Assembly: GCA_951406725.2 (NCBI GenBank)
Contig: OX597817.1
Coordinates: 18,848,001 to 18,912,000 of the forward strand
Direction: 5' to 3'
Source of the DNA: Octopus vulgaris
Taxonomy: Eukaryota
DNA length: 64,000 nt
A program made the position numbers and the translations under genes. How positions within the stretch are numbered: the first letter of the stretch is position 1; each line of letters begins with the position of its first letter. Below the pieces are notes generated by a model. It saw only the letters and a list, made by a program, of their open reading frames with translations. It made no database searches and had not been told where the DNA came from. Shown here piece after piece: positions 1 to 13,453 of the stretch.

Positions 1-39
1 GAGTTCGCTGCCCTAACCACTAGGCCATTGCGCCTCCAC
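1..39 (-). mobile_element. SINE group A, 5' tRNA-like head (cut by window edge)
   Basis: Reverse complement GTGGAGGCGCAATGGCCTAGTGGTTAGGGCAGCGAACTC matches the heads of the copies at 37700 and 48242 (A-box TGGCCYAGTGG). Confidence 0.85.
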
Positions 40-1939
40 GTATTCTAATATGCACATATAAATGGCTTACATACAAATACACAAATTATTAGCCTGTTTT
101 CGCCATATATTCTTGAAAGGTGAATAAAATCAGCTTCATAAAGACAAAATCGCTGACAATTTGGATATTTGAAGCAATCCTTGATATATTATGAAACTTC
201 CTTTCTTTGTAGATTATTTCAGTCAGCTTGTTTAATGTCATATTCAAAATTCTTGCATAAACGGAATATAATTTTCTCGATGTTAACCTAAAACTGAAAT
301 TATTTTAAAATTCACATGAGTATTACTGTTTATCAAAACGAATATGTGGCAGCCTGTCTGTCATAATTTTGGTTTGTAAGGTTGCGGTAGTCATTCCTAG
401 AGCATAGCTCTTCCAAGAATAGTCACTTTGGAATGATTTCATGTGTCGTATTAACTACGAGACCTCATCAACCTTACAATGTTTGAACATGCAAAGACCG
501 CAATATAACGTATATGCTCTTGTCAAGAAATATATAAAGCTTTTCAAAACCTCTTTTTACTGGATGGTCTTCAACGGTTCAGAACATTTTGAATTTAATA
601 TCCATGCTTCACAACCACTCAGCAAAACAGGTAAAAACATGCTTTGTAATATTGTAGAGTAATTTTATAAATATTGATGAGACCATAATTTTAGATATGG
701 TTTCATATCTACCAAGTTAAAGATCAACCTATCAATCCTGGTCATCACTTTTCCGTCTGCAAAAATGAATCCAGCCGACTATCAGTATAGCAACAAGTAA
801 ACACTGCTAAGCTGAGGTGATGAATTACAAAACGCCAGATTTAAATGGTTAAATAGTTTTCGTAATGTTACTTCAGTTTGGCAAGAATCGCCTTAAGTTG
901 TGGTGTATGAGATATCGTAATGATAATATTGTCCCCGGTACATCAAACTGTCATTAAACAGATTCATACAATTTGCTCGTTGTAACCAGTTTTGTCATCG
1001 TTAGTACTGGTTTTCAGAATTCGTGTAATGAGCCCTATCTACTTAATATTTGTTAGATAACTCCATCCGCTCGTTCGACCTCCTTAGCTCAATTTATCTC
1101 TTCAACGATCGATTGCCATGGCGTTACTGGGTCTGATTAGGGACCTCTTTGACACGGACATTGTTCTCTCTAACTTGATTTAATGCTGATTTAGTTTCCC
1201 TTTAATTCCAAACTTACATGTCATTTGAAAGTTGGCATATTTCATACATAGCATTGAAGTTATCGTTGGCAGGCAATAGTAGATGACAGCGTCTCTGTTT
1301 GTTTCTTATAGTTTGTATGGAGTATCATGGTTAATTTCCTAGTTAGACCTGGTCGAAGAATAAATATCCCATTTGTTCTGGATCCACATATCGAGAACAA
1401 TATTCTTTTATATCCTACTATACAAAGCGAGTAGGTTATAGTTAGAGAGAATTTGAAAGTCAATGCCAGAGTGTGAAAGTTTATAGATAATTTATTTGCG
1501 TAAAGATTAACCCTAGTCATAGAGGCACTCAAGTTTCGTTGAGGCATGGTATATTGTTGTAGCAGATCGGAAATAGAATGTTGAAACGAACTTTTAAGTC
1601 CTACAAACGAAATGGTTTGGTTGTCTGACATTTGAAGAGAAATATATCGAGGTGAATTGTAATCGTATATGACAATTATTTCAGACATTACGTTCTCCAT
1701 TTCACTATTTAGCAATTGGCAACGGATATTAATAATAATACCACAAATATTATCAATACAAAAGCATTAGGGTGATCTTTATTCAAACATCTCTGCGGTG
1801 TTTTTCTTCACATTCATCTTTGTTTCCTATTCTTCTGTTACAATTAATTGCATGCAATGCAGTTGCACTTAGTGTAAGCACATATTTATCGACACTTTCT
1901 TTGTCATTCATTCTATGATAATCACCAGACCAGGTAAAA

Positions 1940-2145
1940 GACATAATTGTTGGAGTACGAGACAAAATGCTTTGCGGCATTTCTTATGGTCCTTTACGTT
2001 CCGAGTTCTAACTCCACCCAGATCAACATTGCTTTTCATCTTTTCTTTTTCGATGAAATGAAGTGCGAGCCACATGCTGGAGTCGAGAGTGTTGATTTAC
2101 TCCCCACCTCAGTATTCTTGGCTTTGTGCCTAAATCAGAGACAAT
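1940..2145 (+). mobile_element. SINE group C, old degraded copy
   Basis: AAAATGCTTTGCGGCATTTC...TTACGTTCCGAGTTCTAACTCC...TTGCTTTTCATCTTTTC resembles the group C copies at 42005 and 61147. Confidence 0.6.
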
Positions 2146-2437
2146 AAAGACGACGGGGTGGTGGAATCGTTGGTGGGTTAGAAAAAATATCCTTTATTCT
2201 GATTTCAAATAATTCTGTTGAGTTCGTCTGTATTTTTTTCTTTTCCTATTCAGGACTAAGCTTCCTGATGACATTATTTCATTGTCATCATTGCAGTGTT
2301 TCAACAGTATCTTTATCATACGTATTAATTATTTGAAATTGTTAAATCCCCTTATTTATAATGAGGTAATTTTGGTATAGCATTATGTGGTTTGTTCTAT
2401 TATATCCTCTATTATATACTACTATATAAAGCGAGTA

Positions 2438-2840
2438 CTCTCTCTTTTACTTGTTTCAGTCATTTGACTGCGGCCATGCTGGAGCACCGCCTTTAGTCGA
2501 TCAAATCGACCCCGGGACTTATTCTTTGTAATCCCAGTACTTATTCTATCGGTCTCTTTTGCCGAACCGCTAAGTGACGGGGACGTAAACATACCAGCAT
2601 CGGTTGTCAAGCAATGCTAGGGGGACAAACACAAACACCCCCCCACACACACATATATAAATATATATACATATATACGACAGGCTTCTTTCAGTTTCCG
2701 TCTACCAAATCCACTCACAAGGCATTTGTCGGCCCGAGGCTATAGCAGAAGACATTTTCCCAAGATGCCACGCAGTGGGACTGAACCCGGAACCATGTGG
2801 TTGGTAAGTAAGCTACTTACCACACAGCCACTCCTGCGCC
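2438..2840 (-). mobile_element. SINE group B, full length, with 18-bp TSD
   Basis: On minus: tRNA-like head AGGCGCAGGAGTGGCTGTGTGGTAAG...GGGTTCAGTCCC, internal (TA)/(TG) tract, tail GGCGGTGCTCCAGCATGGCCGCAGTCAAATGACTGAAACAAGTAAAAGAG. TSD TACTATATAAAGCGAGTA at 2420-2437 and 2841-2858. Confidence 0.93.
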
Positions 2841-3355
2841 TACTATATAAAGCGAGTAGTTTATAGTTAGAGAGAAATCTGTAAGTCAATACCAGAATGT
2901 GACAGTTTATAGACACTTTGTTTGTATAGAGCCTTTTCCTATTAATATAAGCAATCTAGATTCGTTGATGCATGCTATATGTTTGTAGTAGATTGGAAAT
3001 AGAACATTAAAACGTAATTTAATTCCTAGAAATGAAATAACTTGGTTATCTGACATACGTAGAGAGTCCCAAATTCCTCTGCATTTGAAGAGAAATATAT
3101 CGGAGTGAATAATAATCTTCTATCTCTATTATTTCTAACTAGAGGTGCATCCTTTTCCATACACAGCAATTGCTAAACGAATTTTAATAACGAATTTTCC
3201 AACTACCACAATTTCCAGACGTCCTGGAGACGTGGTCTTCATCCTGAAATATAGAAATACAAGGTAAAACTGCAACTCCAATTTCTTTTCTTTCCCTTTT
3301 GTAGTTTACTTTGTACCTTCTCGCATTATTTCATCTTAAGACAACAATCTTCATG

Positions 3356-3356
<1 letters not shown>

Positions 3357-3435
<79 letters not shown>

Positions 3436-3450
3436 GTATATATATATATG
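3357..3450. repeat. (TA)n microsatellite; further (TA)n tracts at about 3563-3610 and 3798-3838
   Basis: Direct reading. Confidence 0.95.
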
Positions 3451-3561
3451 TGCATATATGTGTGTGTGTGTATACACATACAAACACATACATAATATGT
3501 ATATATTTATTGGCTAAACTGGCAAAATGACCATTCCTAAACACAACAATATAATTTAATA

Positions 3562-3617
<56 letters not shown>

Positions 3618-3793
3618 ATATATAAATAAAAAGGGGCAGGCAACATGTTGCTTAGCCACATATCGAAAAGTTAGAAATAGGAGTCAAAGACTGTTTATTT
3701 CTATTTTCTACAAATAAGACTCCGCATACAACATATCTATGTAATTCACATATGTAAAACAGAAGGAATAAATAACGAAAGCAAAGTCTAGGG

Positions 3794-3843
<50 letters not shown>

Positions 3844-6800
3844 GCTGTGGTGGTATTAAGTGAAAACCTAAAGGCGATTTGATAGGCTAATAATAATGTA
3901 GCAATGAGCCAAAATTAGGGCGTTTGAATCTTTGACAAGGAACAAAATAACAACAAAGAAAATATGATATAATTTGTAGGGTATGAAATCAACATCATCA
4001 TTAAAACCTTCAGTGTTGGAATCCTTGAGGTAGTTTTTATCCCTTATTTTTAGAAGTCTCCATCTGTACGTATTTATCAAATATGATAAGACACTTTAGT
4101 GGGCTAGGTTTCTTAATAGTTCACGTGATTATAATATATTATTTATTTATCTCTTTTCAAATTAATTAGTAATTCAGTTGACATTGTTGTCCAGTAACAT
4201 TATAAAACCTGAAATATAATAATATTTTGCTGATAGATAACATCAGTCTCATAAATAATTGGCAATCAATCCCATTTATCGTATTCGTTGTATTCTGTTT
4301 CGACAGTTAACATTGACTCTTCATCATTTTTCTGGCAGCTTTTCTCAAACATAGAAAAAAAATATTAGGAACTTCATACTGTAATTACAACACCGATTTT
4401 TTTTCTTTATGAGCTCAGAAGAAAGAAACAATGCAGAGATATTTACAGTAGTAGTAACAGTCGCACTTGATATGGTGACACTGGTGATGGTAGCTTTGAT
4501 AGTAGTGTTATTACTATCAATCAGAGCGGTAACACGAAATATGGTTTTAGCGTACAACTGCACTGGGAGTAAATGTGATAAGAATAATTTATATTTACGA
4601 TCTCAAGATCCGGTTGGAGTGGTGATTTTGAAGGAGGTAATATTCGAGAAGATTACGACGTTAGCTAATTCTTAGGCAATGATAATTTAAGGTTATTTAA
4701 AGGACATCATTTGTGGTTATTGTTATTGCAATTTTCAATGGAGTTTTTGTTGTTCATGATGTTGATTATCTTCTGGTTAACATTGAACGAATTGACCAAA
4801 GTCAAGGGCATTCCAGCTCTTGCCGGGTCATTTTAGCGAACATATTGAATGTATGACAGCACTCTTCATAAATACAATATGTGTGATAAAACACCAAGGC
4901 GTATTTTATTGGAGAACGAATTCTATTCTTATCAGGATGAACGATGTAGTAGACAGTAATTGCTTTGTTTATTCATGTATTGCTAAATAATTTTATTAAT
5001 GACGATGAAGATACTTGTAGTGGCACCAATATAATACTTCTGTACTTATGAGGGATACATTGTTACTCGTAATTTGGGACTTGCTGGAGATAAATTTAAT
5101 GGGTGGTAGGGTTAATTATTTTACTACTATTATAATATGACTTACACGAGTAGATATGATTCTGATGGTGTCGGATTCTTCGGCTGGTAGAGGTTGTGGT
5201 CTGAAGATAGGAGGGTAATATCGACTGCAATATATCTTTTGTAGTAGTAAAGTGGCGATGGTAAAAGTGTTATTAGTGTAAATGATCGTGAAAATGTTGT
5301 TCTGTCTGATAATCATAGATTATCTATCTACGAGAAAGAAATATATCTATTATGTCATTAGGCTACGAAAATATATTTATTTCTGAAGACTATGTTGAAG
5401 GCGAATTTTTACAATTTTTACATAGTCCTACTGAATAGGGCGAAATGTATTATCGATACTTTTCTTTTATATATCGATCACTTAATGATCAAAAGTAGAG
5501 ATAAAGAGCGTAGATGAAACCGAGAGACACATGTACCAAAGGTTCAGGAGTTTATAATATGTTGAATGGAAGCCAACTTGTCATAACCATTATTGCTTAT
5601 AGAAATGTGTAGAGAAATAACTTTTTCCCAATATGTACCAACTATAAGATGTTGCCAGATTTCTAAGAGTCCAAAATTATATAATTAATTGATAAATTTA
5701 CTCGCTTAAAAGTTAATCGGATTCGAAGGTCGTTATAGAGTTAGTGTTTACAGTAAAATAAAATAAATGGAATGACACTGTCTGCCGAACAACCGATGCA
5801 ACTAATCAACGAATATGTCGGTTTCTAGTCTTAATGTAAGTGATATAATTTTTATTATGGCCTTAGAGAAACATAACTCTACCTCAAAGAAAACTACTCA
5901 TAAGTTGTCTAACCTATTCGACTGGAACACTTTGTTCTAAATACGTATAGGTTATTGTGAATCACTTTTCTAATGTTTATTTCTTCCCATTATTCCTTAG
6001 AGATAAACCGTTTTAATATCGATATTTTGTACTTCAGTGGTGATGGCACTGTGGGAGAGATGCAGAATAGATATCTTTCCATACCTTGTCTTGAAGTTTA
6101 TTTTTCTGAATTGAAATACTGCCAAAGTTCACTTTGCATTTTATTACAGAAAATTTCATAAAATAAGTACCTGTATTACATTGGACAAATCAATCGATTT
6201 TTTTTTCTAAAAAGTAGTTTCGTTTAATAGTAAAGCAATCAATATTTATGTTCCATTCAATGCTGATTAGAATCGTGGAATATCACTGTAATCAATTATA
6301 TTAGTGTAACCGCCTATATCTCTAAATTTATAAGAGTGAAGAGTGATTTCTTTGGGCCTGAAAATATGCCTTTACAATTGAGGGTCAGTGAAAAATTGGG
6401 CGTAACATATACTTAAAATCTTTCCACAGTAATCTTTAAAATAACGTGATAATGCATACTCTATGTCAAGTCTTTTATGCTTTCAATATTGGAATATATC
6501 CTTCCAGTTTGTAGACTAAGAAAGGAAGATTTACTACAGTAACATATATACAAGATAATGCATTTTGCGTGATTGGTCATTGAAAGAAATTAATGTTGAA
6601 ATAAAGTACAGAAATTCTAGTAAGTGAATTGATGGAAATTGATGTGTTCTCTTATGTTCCAATTAAAATTAGGCAACCACATGTAGTATATATAGTACTT
6701 ACTTTAAGTATCATTTAAGATATATCATTAAAAGTGAGAAAGCATGTATTAAATGCCATTATGAATCCAATTATAGCAATGTATGGTTATCATTTTTAGT

Positions 6801-7204
6801 GACATTCAGACACTCTTCAGCGCGATATCACGACGTCGAAATGCTGCAAATTGAAATGCGATTACATTAATATAATGTATTTAATATGAACTTCTGTCAG
6901 GTATATTATACAGAGGAATATGAATTTATTGTAGTACGATTGGGGTCATTTGTCTTATTTACGCATTTATATGATTATTATTTCTGACCATCTTCATTTC
7001 AATTACTACAGCGCTCACACACCAAAATTAACAAACAAAAATGCATATTTCATTGAGTTACATTATAAATCTAATTTCTCACAGAGTTACAAAAATGTGC
7101 AATCCTGCAAAAATGTGCAATCCTGCAAATAACCTAAAGAAAGTTAATGGAATTTATGGTGATTGCTGTCACCAAACCCTAAGACAGCATTTGCTAACTA
7201 TTAA

Positions 7205-7397
<193 letters not shown>

Positions 7398-7539
7398 TTT
7401 GAGGCCATAACGTTCAAGCATTATTATGATCTCTAACTTTATGGTAAAGATCAATCACAAGTCAGTTCCCTCGTTGATATGGTGTATATTGTATATTTTC
7501 AGTGCTGATATCAGAATGGAGTTCGAATTGAAAAAAGGG

Positions 7540-8600
7540 TAGTGTGTTAGTCATAAAGAGAGACAAAATCAAATGTATGGACGGGTTAACGATGCTGTCG
7601 GCGGAGGACAGGAAGCTGATAGAAGAGACGGGCTATAAGTACTTGCGGATATTGGAAATAGATAAAATTGACGGAGAAAGAAATGCCACAGAACCGCTAT
7701 TATAAGAAGTAAGAACGTCAGGCTTGGGTAGGATGAAAGATTGTAAAGGTAGAGCACTGTTTAACAATTGAAAACGAATGAAACAGAAATCACGTGGACA
7801 AAGAAAAGAATGCATGGACAATTTCATAGAGAAGCTGAAGATAAGAGAGATATAAATGATGGTTGTGGATGACTAAAAGTGATTTAAAACCGGAAACGGA
7901 GGCTCTAATCTGTGCCGCCCAAGATAAGCACTAAGAAGAAACTACATAAAATAGTGAATAGACAACACAGCAGAAAGTGATAAGTGCAGAATCTGTGGAC
8001 AATAAGGTGAAAAAATATGGCATATTACCAGCCAATCTACACCACTATTCCAGGAAGAATATAAGTGATACCACGACAATATAGCCAAGTTTGTCCATTG
8101 GACACTTTACAAGTATGGATTTGACAGAGCAAAACATTGGTACGACCACAACCCGAAGGCATCGTCCAAAATTAAAATGCAAAGGTCCTATGGGATTTCA
8201 TGATAGAGAAAAGGAAGCCATACATGGTCTTAATGGAGAAAAATAACTATGCTGGATCATATATATAGCATACCCAGCTAAGAACAAGGTATGCGATAAG
8301 GAAGAAAGAAAAGTCTAGAGATATGACAAGTTAGCTTGGAAAGTTAGGCAGTTGTGGTCGATGAAAAAGTTAGCAGAAGTACCAATAATTGTCGGAGCAG
8401 TGGGAACAGTGAGCAAAAATCTCGAGAAGTACGTGGAACAAATAGGGTCTGCAATAAGGGTGGATCACTATCAGAAAACAGCACTGCTTGGAACCGCCCG
8501 AATACTTCTGAAGGAGCTCGAAAAATAAGAGTAGTTACCTTAGTTCACTAGTAGAGAACAGTACTTCTCCAGCGTTAGAAGTTGTGCAAAGGCAATGATG
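7540..8600 (+). mobile_element. Decayed 3' part of an R4/Dong-type non-LTR retrotransposon (RT end, CCHC knuckle, restriction-like endonuclease)
   Basis: Manual translation across stops and frameshifts: GYKYLRILEIDK; TWTKKRMHGQFHRE; WMTKSDLKPETEALICAAQD; SDKCRICGQ*GEKIWHITSQ; YHDNIAKFVHW; KVLWDF; VPIIVGAVGTVSKNL; QKTALLGTARIL. These motifs are typical of R4/Dong ORFs. Confidence 0.85.
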
Positions 8601-9101
8601 CTCTTTACACTGTTTATCTAGTTACGAGACCATGAATTCGCGCAAATATGATTGTCATGCATGTGCTTAGTGAAGGCTTATCAGACGGGTATTCATAATG
8701 GGTATATTAGGCTTCGTATAAGCGTGCGCTGCACATTCACTAAAAGAAATTAATAAATTGCCACTCCTGGCGACGCACACTATACTTGTGAACGCATGCA
8801 TAGATCATAAAGAGCTGAAAAAGGTATGGAAATGCGAAATTGAAAGAAAATGAGCAATGAAGAGAGTAACTGTACACCTAGTAGTTGCAGATACACGAAA
8901 AGTACTAACAACTAAGAATGCGAAATATTACGGAGAAATTAAAATTGACACGAGGGTACAACATGCTCACTAATCTGTAGAAATTTTAGATTGGTACTTG
9001 GGTGCTAAGTAATTTCCATGCTACATAACATCTAAGTAACAAGTCCTATGATTCATGGAAAGAAAGCCAGTGAGACTTTTCACAATATATATATATATAT
9101 A

Positions 9102-9398
9102 CTAGCAGTATCGCCCGACGTTGCTCGGGTTTGTAAGGGAAATAAGCATTTTTAGAGAGTTACTTCCCTTATATAACCCGAGCAAAAATCATTAAAAATG
9201 CGGAAAAATGATGGTAATTTTATTTTAATCGTAGACTCATCGTAGACGCGCGCTAATACCCAGAAGGGCTCGATATGAATGACGACTATAAGATACCCGC
9301 TTTTGGTTAAACTGCTCCGCAACATGTGGGAGTAGTTAGGAATCTAAATCGGAGGCGACAGAGTCTCACACACACAACTTCAATTTTATATATAAAGA
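9102..9398 (-). mobile_element. Non-autonomous Helitron
   Basis: On minus: starts TC (TCTTTATATATAAAA), ends CTAG, has a subterminal hairpin CCCGAGCAACGTCGGG just before the CTAG, and sits between host A and T inside a (TA)n tract. Confidence 0.8.
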
Positions 9399-9460
9399 TA
9401 TATATATAAACACACCTACACAACACACACACATACATAATATTAATATATATGTATATA

Positions 9461-9673
9461 TCACGATCACGTGACCGACCAGACCATCAGATGTTGCGAC
9501 ACATCGCTGGTCACAATGACTCCACCCCGCTGGCTAAGCGAGCAGGCCAACAGAAGAAAGAGTGGGAGAGTGGTGAAAGAGTACAGCAGGGATCACCACC
9601 ACCTGGAGCTTTTGTTAGGCGATCCTAAGACCGTGAGTCCGCTGCCCTAACCACTGGGCCATTGCGCCTCCAC
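9461..9673 (-). mobile_element. SINE group A, internally deleted copy
   Basis: Head and the GGTCGGTCACGTGATC tail match the copies at 37700 and 48242. Confidence 0.9.
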
Positions 9674-9744
9674 ATATATATGTGTTTGAGTGTATATATA
9701 TGTGTTTGAGTGTATATATATGTGTTTGAGTGTACGCATTGAGT

Positions 9745-9894
9745 CGAACCAGGGGCAGCTGATGAAGGGGAATATTCCTTGTATTGTTTGTCTTATACTC
9801 TGTCTTTTCGTTGTTAAAAAAAGTCCGTTTCCCTGTTTGTTTTTATGTTTTCGTTTCTCGTTGTGTTCTACGTTTATTTGTGGTGTCCTGTACT

Positions 9895-9970
<76 letters not shown>

Positions 9971-10030
9971 TGTATATATACATATAGATGTAGGTATGTA
10001 CATATATGTATGTACGTATGCATATGTTTT
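9745..10030 (+). mobile_element. Interspersed repeat, same family as 12350-12640
   Basis: CAGCTGATGAAGGGGAATATTCCTTGTATTG...TGCATGTATATATACATATAGATGTAGGTATGTAC aligns to 12370-12580. Confidence 0.65.
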
Positions 10031-10044
10031 ATTTGTTAAATTGT

Positions 10045-10086
<42 letters not shown>

Positions 10087-11085
10087 TCAAACACACGTGT
10101 GTATATCTTTGTTTGCGTTTGTGTGCTTCTCTGATGACCACAAATACATAGTTCCGGTTATCTACACTTAACTTTGTCTTCGACTGACTGATGGCCTACT
10201 TTTGATTTGTGCCTATTTATCTGTAGTGGAAAATTGTCTTAACCGTAACTATCCATGGCATTTTATATATTTTATTCTATTGACGGTTTTGTTAGATGCC
10301 GGACATTTGATTGTCATTTAATTAATAATTACTAATTCATAATTGATGGATAATTAATCATTTATTCCAACCGTAATTACTATAGCTCTAAATCTTTACA
10401 TACGTGAACATCCACTGCTTGAATATATGCATATACATATTCATTCATATGTTTGTGTGTTTACACACACATATATATATATAAATATATATGTGTGCAC
10501 GCGCTTGTGTGTGTGTGCATATGTATATGCACATACTGTATGTAAGTATATATATCTATAGGCAAATTTGTTTTTGAAATCGCACCTAAATTTGAAAATT
10601 TTGTAATTGTTTTAAAGTGTATTTATTTACACATACACCAAACTAGTTCCTACAATATTTATTTATTTGGAATTATGTTGAGAGACTAACGGTGCACAGG
10701 AAAATTCCCGTAAGCGAACACCTACACCAATGTTTCGTAAATACAAGCCCGAAATACCAAATCTCCCCTCTCTGTCAATGCACAAGAAACACTTCAACTC
10801 AATTCGGTTAAAATAAGGAAATCATACTCATTAACAAAGATAAACAGATGAATGTCCTTTAGAAAGAAGAAAAAAACACTAAAGAGAAAAAGGAAAAAAG
10901 ACCCAAATTCTCCACAAAAAAAACAACAACCGGGTACCACAGACAATTTAAAAAATCTTTATTAACAGTCTTCCGCCTGGATTTCAAAACTCCTGCCTTT
11001 TGTTTGGACTTGTTTCCTCTTCCATCCTTTTGTTTACTTATTTTATATTTTAACAACTGGATTTTTGGACTCTTTAAAAAAAATA

Positions 11086-11336
11086 TGGCAAATAACAATG
11101 AAAAGTTGGTGGAGTGGGAAATTACACCGCCCATAAAATGGTTAAAAGAACTTGAAAGTAAGACGGTGGTTTTGAGGACCTACTCTAGGACCCTCGACGC
11201 CATTGCCGTTTTCAGAAAGGATATAATCGAAAAAGAGCTGGCAGAATTTAGGCCAGCGATTAAGTTTATCACTCGGGACGTCAAATACGCAACCGTGTGG
11301 TTGCTGTTTGACTCTCCAGAAATATTTCTAGCCTAA
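11086..11336 (+). mobile_element. Truncated ORF, possibly the N-terminus of a LINE ORF1 (RRM-like)
   Basis: Non-repetitive, GC-elevated ORF MANNNEKLVEWEITPPIKWLKELESKTVVLRTYSRT...KYATVWLLFDSPE that ends abruptly. The family assignment is inference only. Confidence 0.3.
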
Positions 11337-11478
11337 GGGTTTCCACATAATGGTTTCCCTCTAACATGTATATAATACAATTTTACTGAACCTTCAGTTT
11401 TTTTTATATGCTAGACCGCTGGTGTGAAATCGATGTTAATTAAATTAATATCTAATTTCTCACCCTCATTTTAAATTT

Positions 11479-11540
<62 letters not shown>

Positions 11541-11542
<2 letters not shown>

Positions 11543-11712
11543 CTGGGGATTTTTTCTTCTGTCTTCCATTTCTTAGATATTTCCTTTTCCTATGTTTCTG
11601 ACGAAGAGCTCCGGTCGAAACGTTAAATCCTCCTTCTTTCTTACCTTTCCAGAGTATCCAATAACACTATACTTGTTCCACGTCCTCGCGTTGTTGTTTT
11701 CTCTTTGTGTTT
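11541..11712 (+). mobile_element. Short hammerhead-bearing repeat (Penelope pLTR-like) flanked by (TA)n
   Basis: Contains CTGACGAAGAGCTCCGGTCGAAACGTT; a diverged antiparallel relative lies at about 33755-33965. Confidence 0.6.
11594..11628 (+). ncRNA. Minimal type I hammerhead ribozyme motif
   Basis: TTT-CTGACGA-A-GAGC TCC GGTC-GAAAC-GTT-AAA: intact core, stem II with one mismatch, palindromic ACGT stem III, 3-bp stem I. Confidence 0.55.
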
Positions 11713-11744
11713 CCATGTTTGGATTAACTTTATATATATATAGT

Positions 11745-12638
11745 GTTCACCGTTTTTTTATGTCCTGTACCAATATGTGCATGTATATATACATGTATAT
11801 GTAGGTATGTACATATATGTATGTATATATGCATATATCTCTATATTATTTAGATTATTATATGATCGAACGCCTTTTCCAAGTAAGTTTTATTTTAATA
11901 ATTACGATGCGCACTCTTCTATCTCTGCTATCTCTTCTCTTCTCTTCTCTGTCTATCTCTCTCCCTCTCTTGATCTTCATCCTTCTGGTTTTCTCTCCCA
12001 CCCTTCCCTATTCTTCTCCTCTCCTCTTAACCGTTCCTTCTCTCTCACTCCTCCTCCTCGAATCTCTCGTCGCCGACACGTGACGAAAGAGAATCTATCT
12101 TTCTGACTACTACCTTTCTAAAGACAACACGTGCTTATACTGTCTCCTTTAATACGCTCATCTCCCTAGCGTTCATAATAATTTTTCTATCGTCTTGGTT
12201 GAACAGCTCTCACCGTTTGTTTTTACTGCTTTGTTCTCAATGTCCTGTTCGTGTTACCACTTTCACCCGCCGCAAAAAATCCCAAATTTAATGTGCTTTC
12301 CGGGAAGGACTGTTTCACAGAGGTCGTGTATTGTCCTTGCTTTCGAATTGCTGAGTAGATGAAACAGGGACAACAGAAGAAGGGGAATATTCTTTATGTT
12401 GCATGTCTCGTTTCTCTCTTTGTTTTTCCCGTTATTACAAAAAATGTTTGTTTCTGTTTTCGTTTTTATGTTTTCGTTTCTCATTGTATTCAACGTTTTT
12501 TGATGTTCTTTACCCATAGGTGCATGTATATATACATGTATATGTAAGTATCTACAAATATATATGTATATATGCATATATTTATATATTATTTATATTA
12601 TTATATGATCGAAAGCCACGCATGCTTTTCCAAATAAG

Positions 12639-12640
<2 letters not shown>
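11745..12640 (+). mobile_element. Repeat unit bounded by roughly 140-bp direct repeats (pLTR-like partial tandem)
   Basis: 11750-11890 (CGTTTTTTTATGTCCTGTACC...TATATGATCGAACGCCTTTTCCAAGTAAGTT) recurs at 12494-12640; a CT-rich tract lies between. Confidence 0.6.
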
Positions 12641-12702
<62 letters not shown>

Positions 12703-12769
12703 TTATATAGATGAGTGTATTTTACCTTGTTAACAATTAACACGGAAAATGAATAAAATATATATATAT

Positions 12770-13453
<684 letters not shown>

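Noticed and set aside
2422-2610. Recurrent short ORFs (MTTDAG..., [31 protein letters not shown])
   Set aside because: They recur only because they are read through SINE B and C copies.
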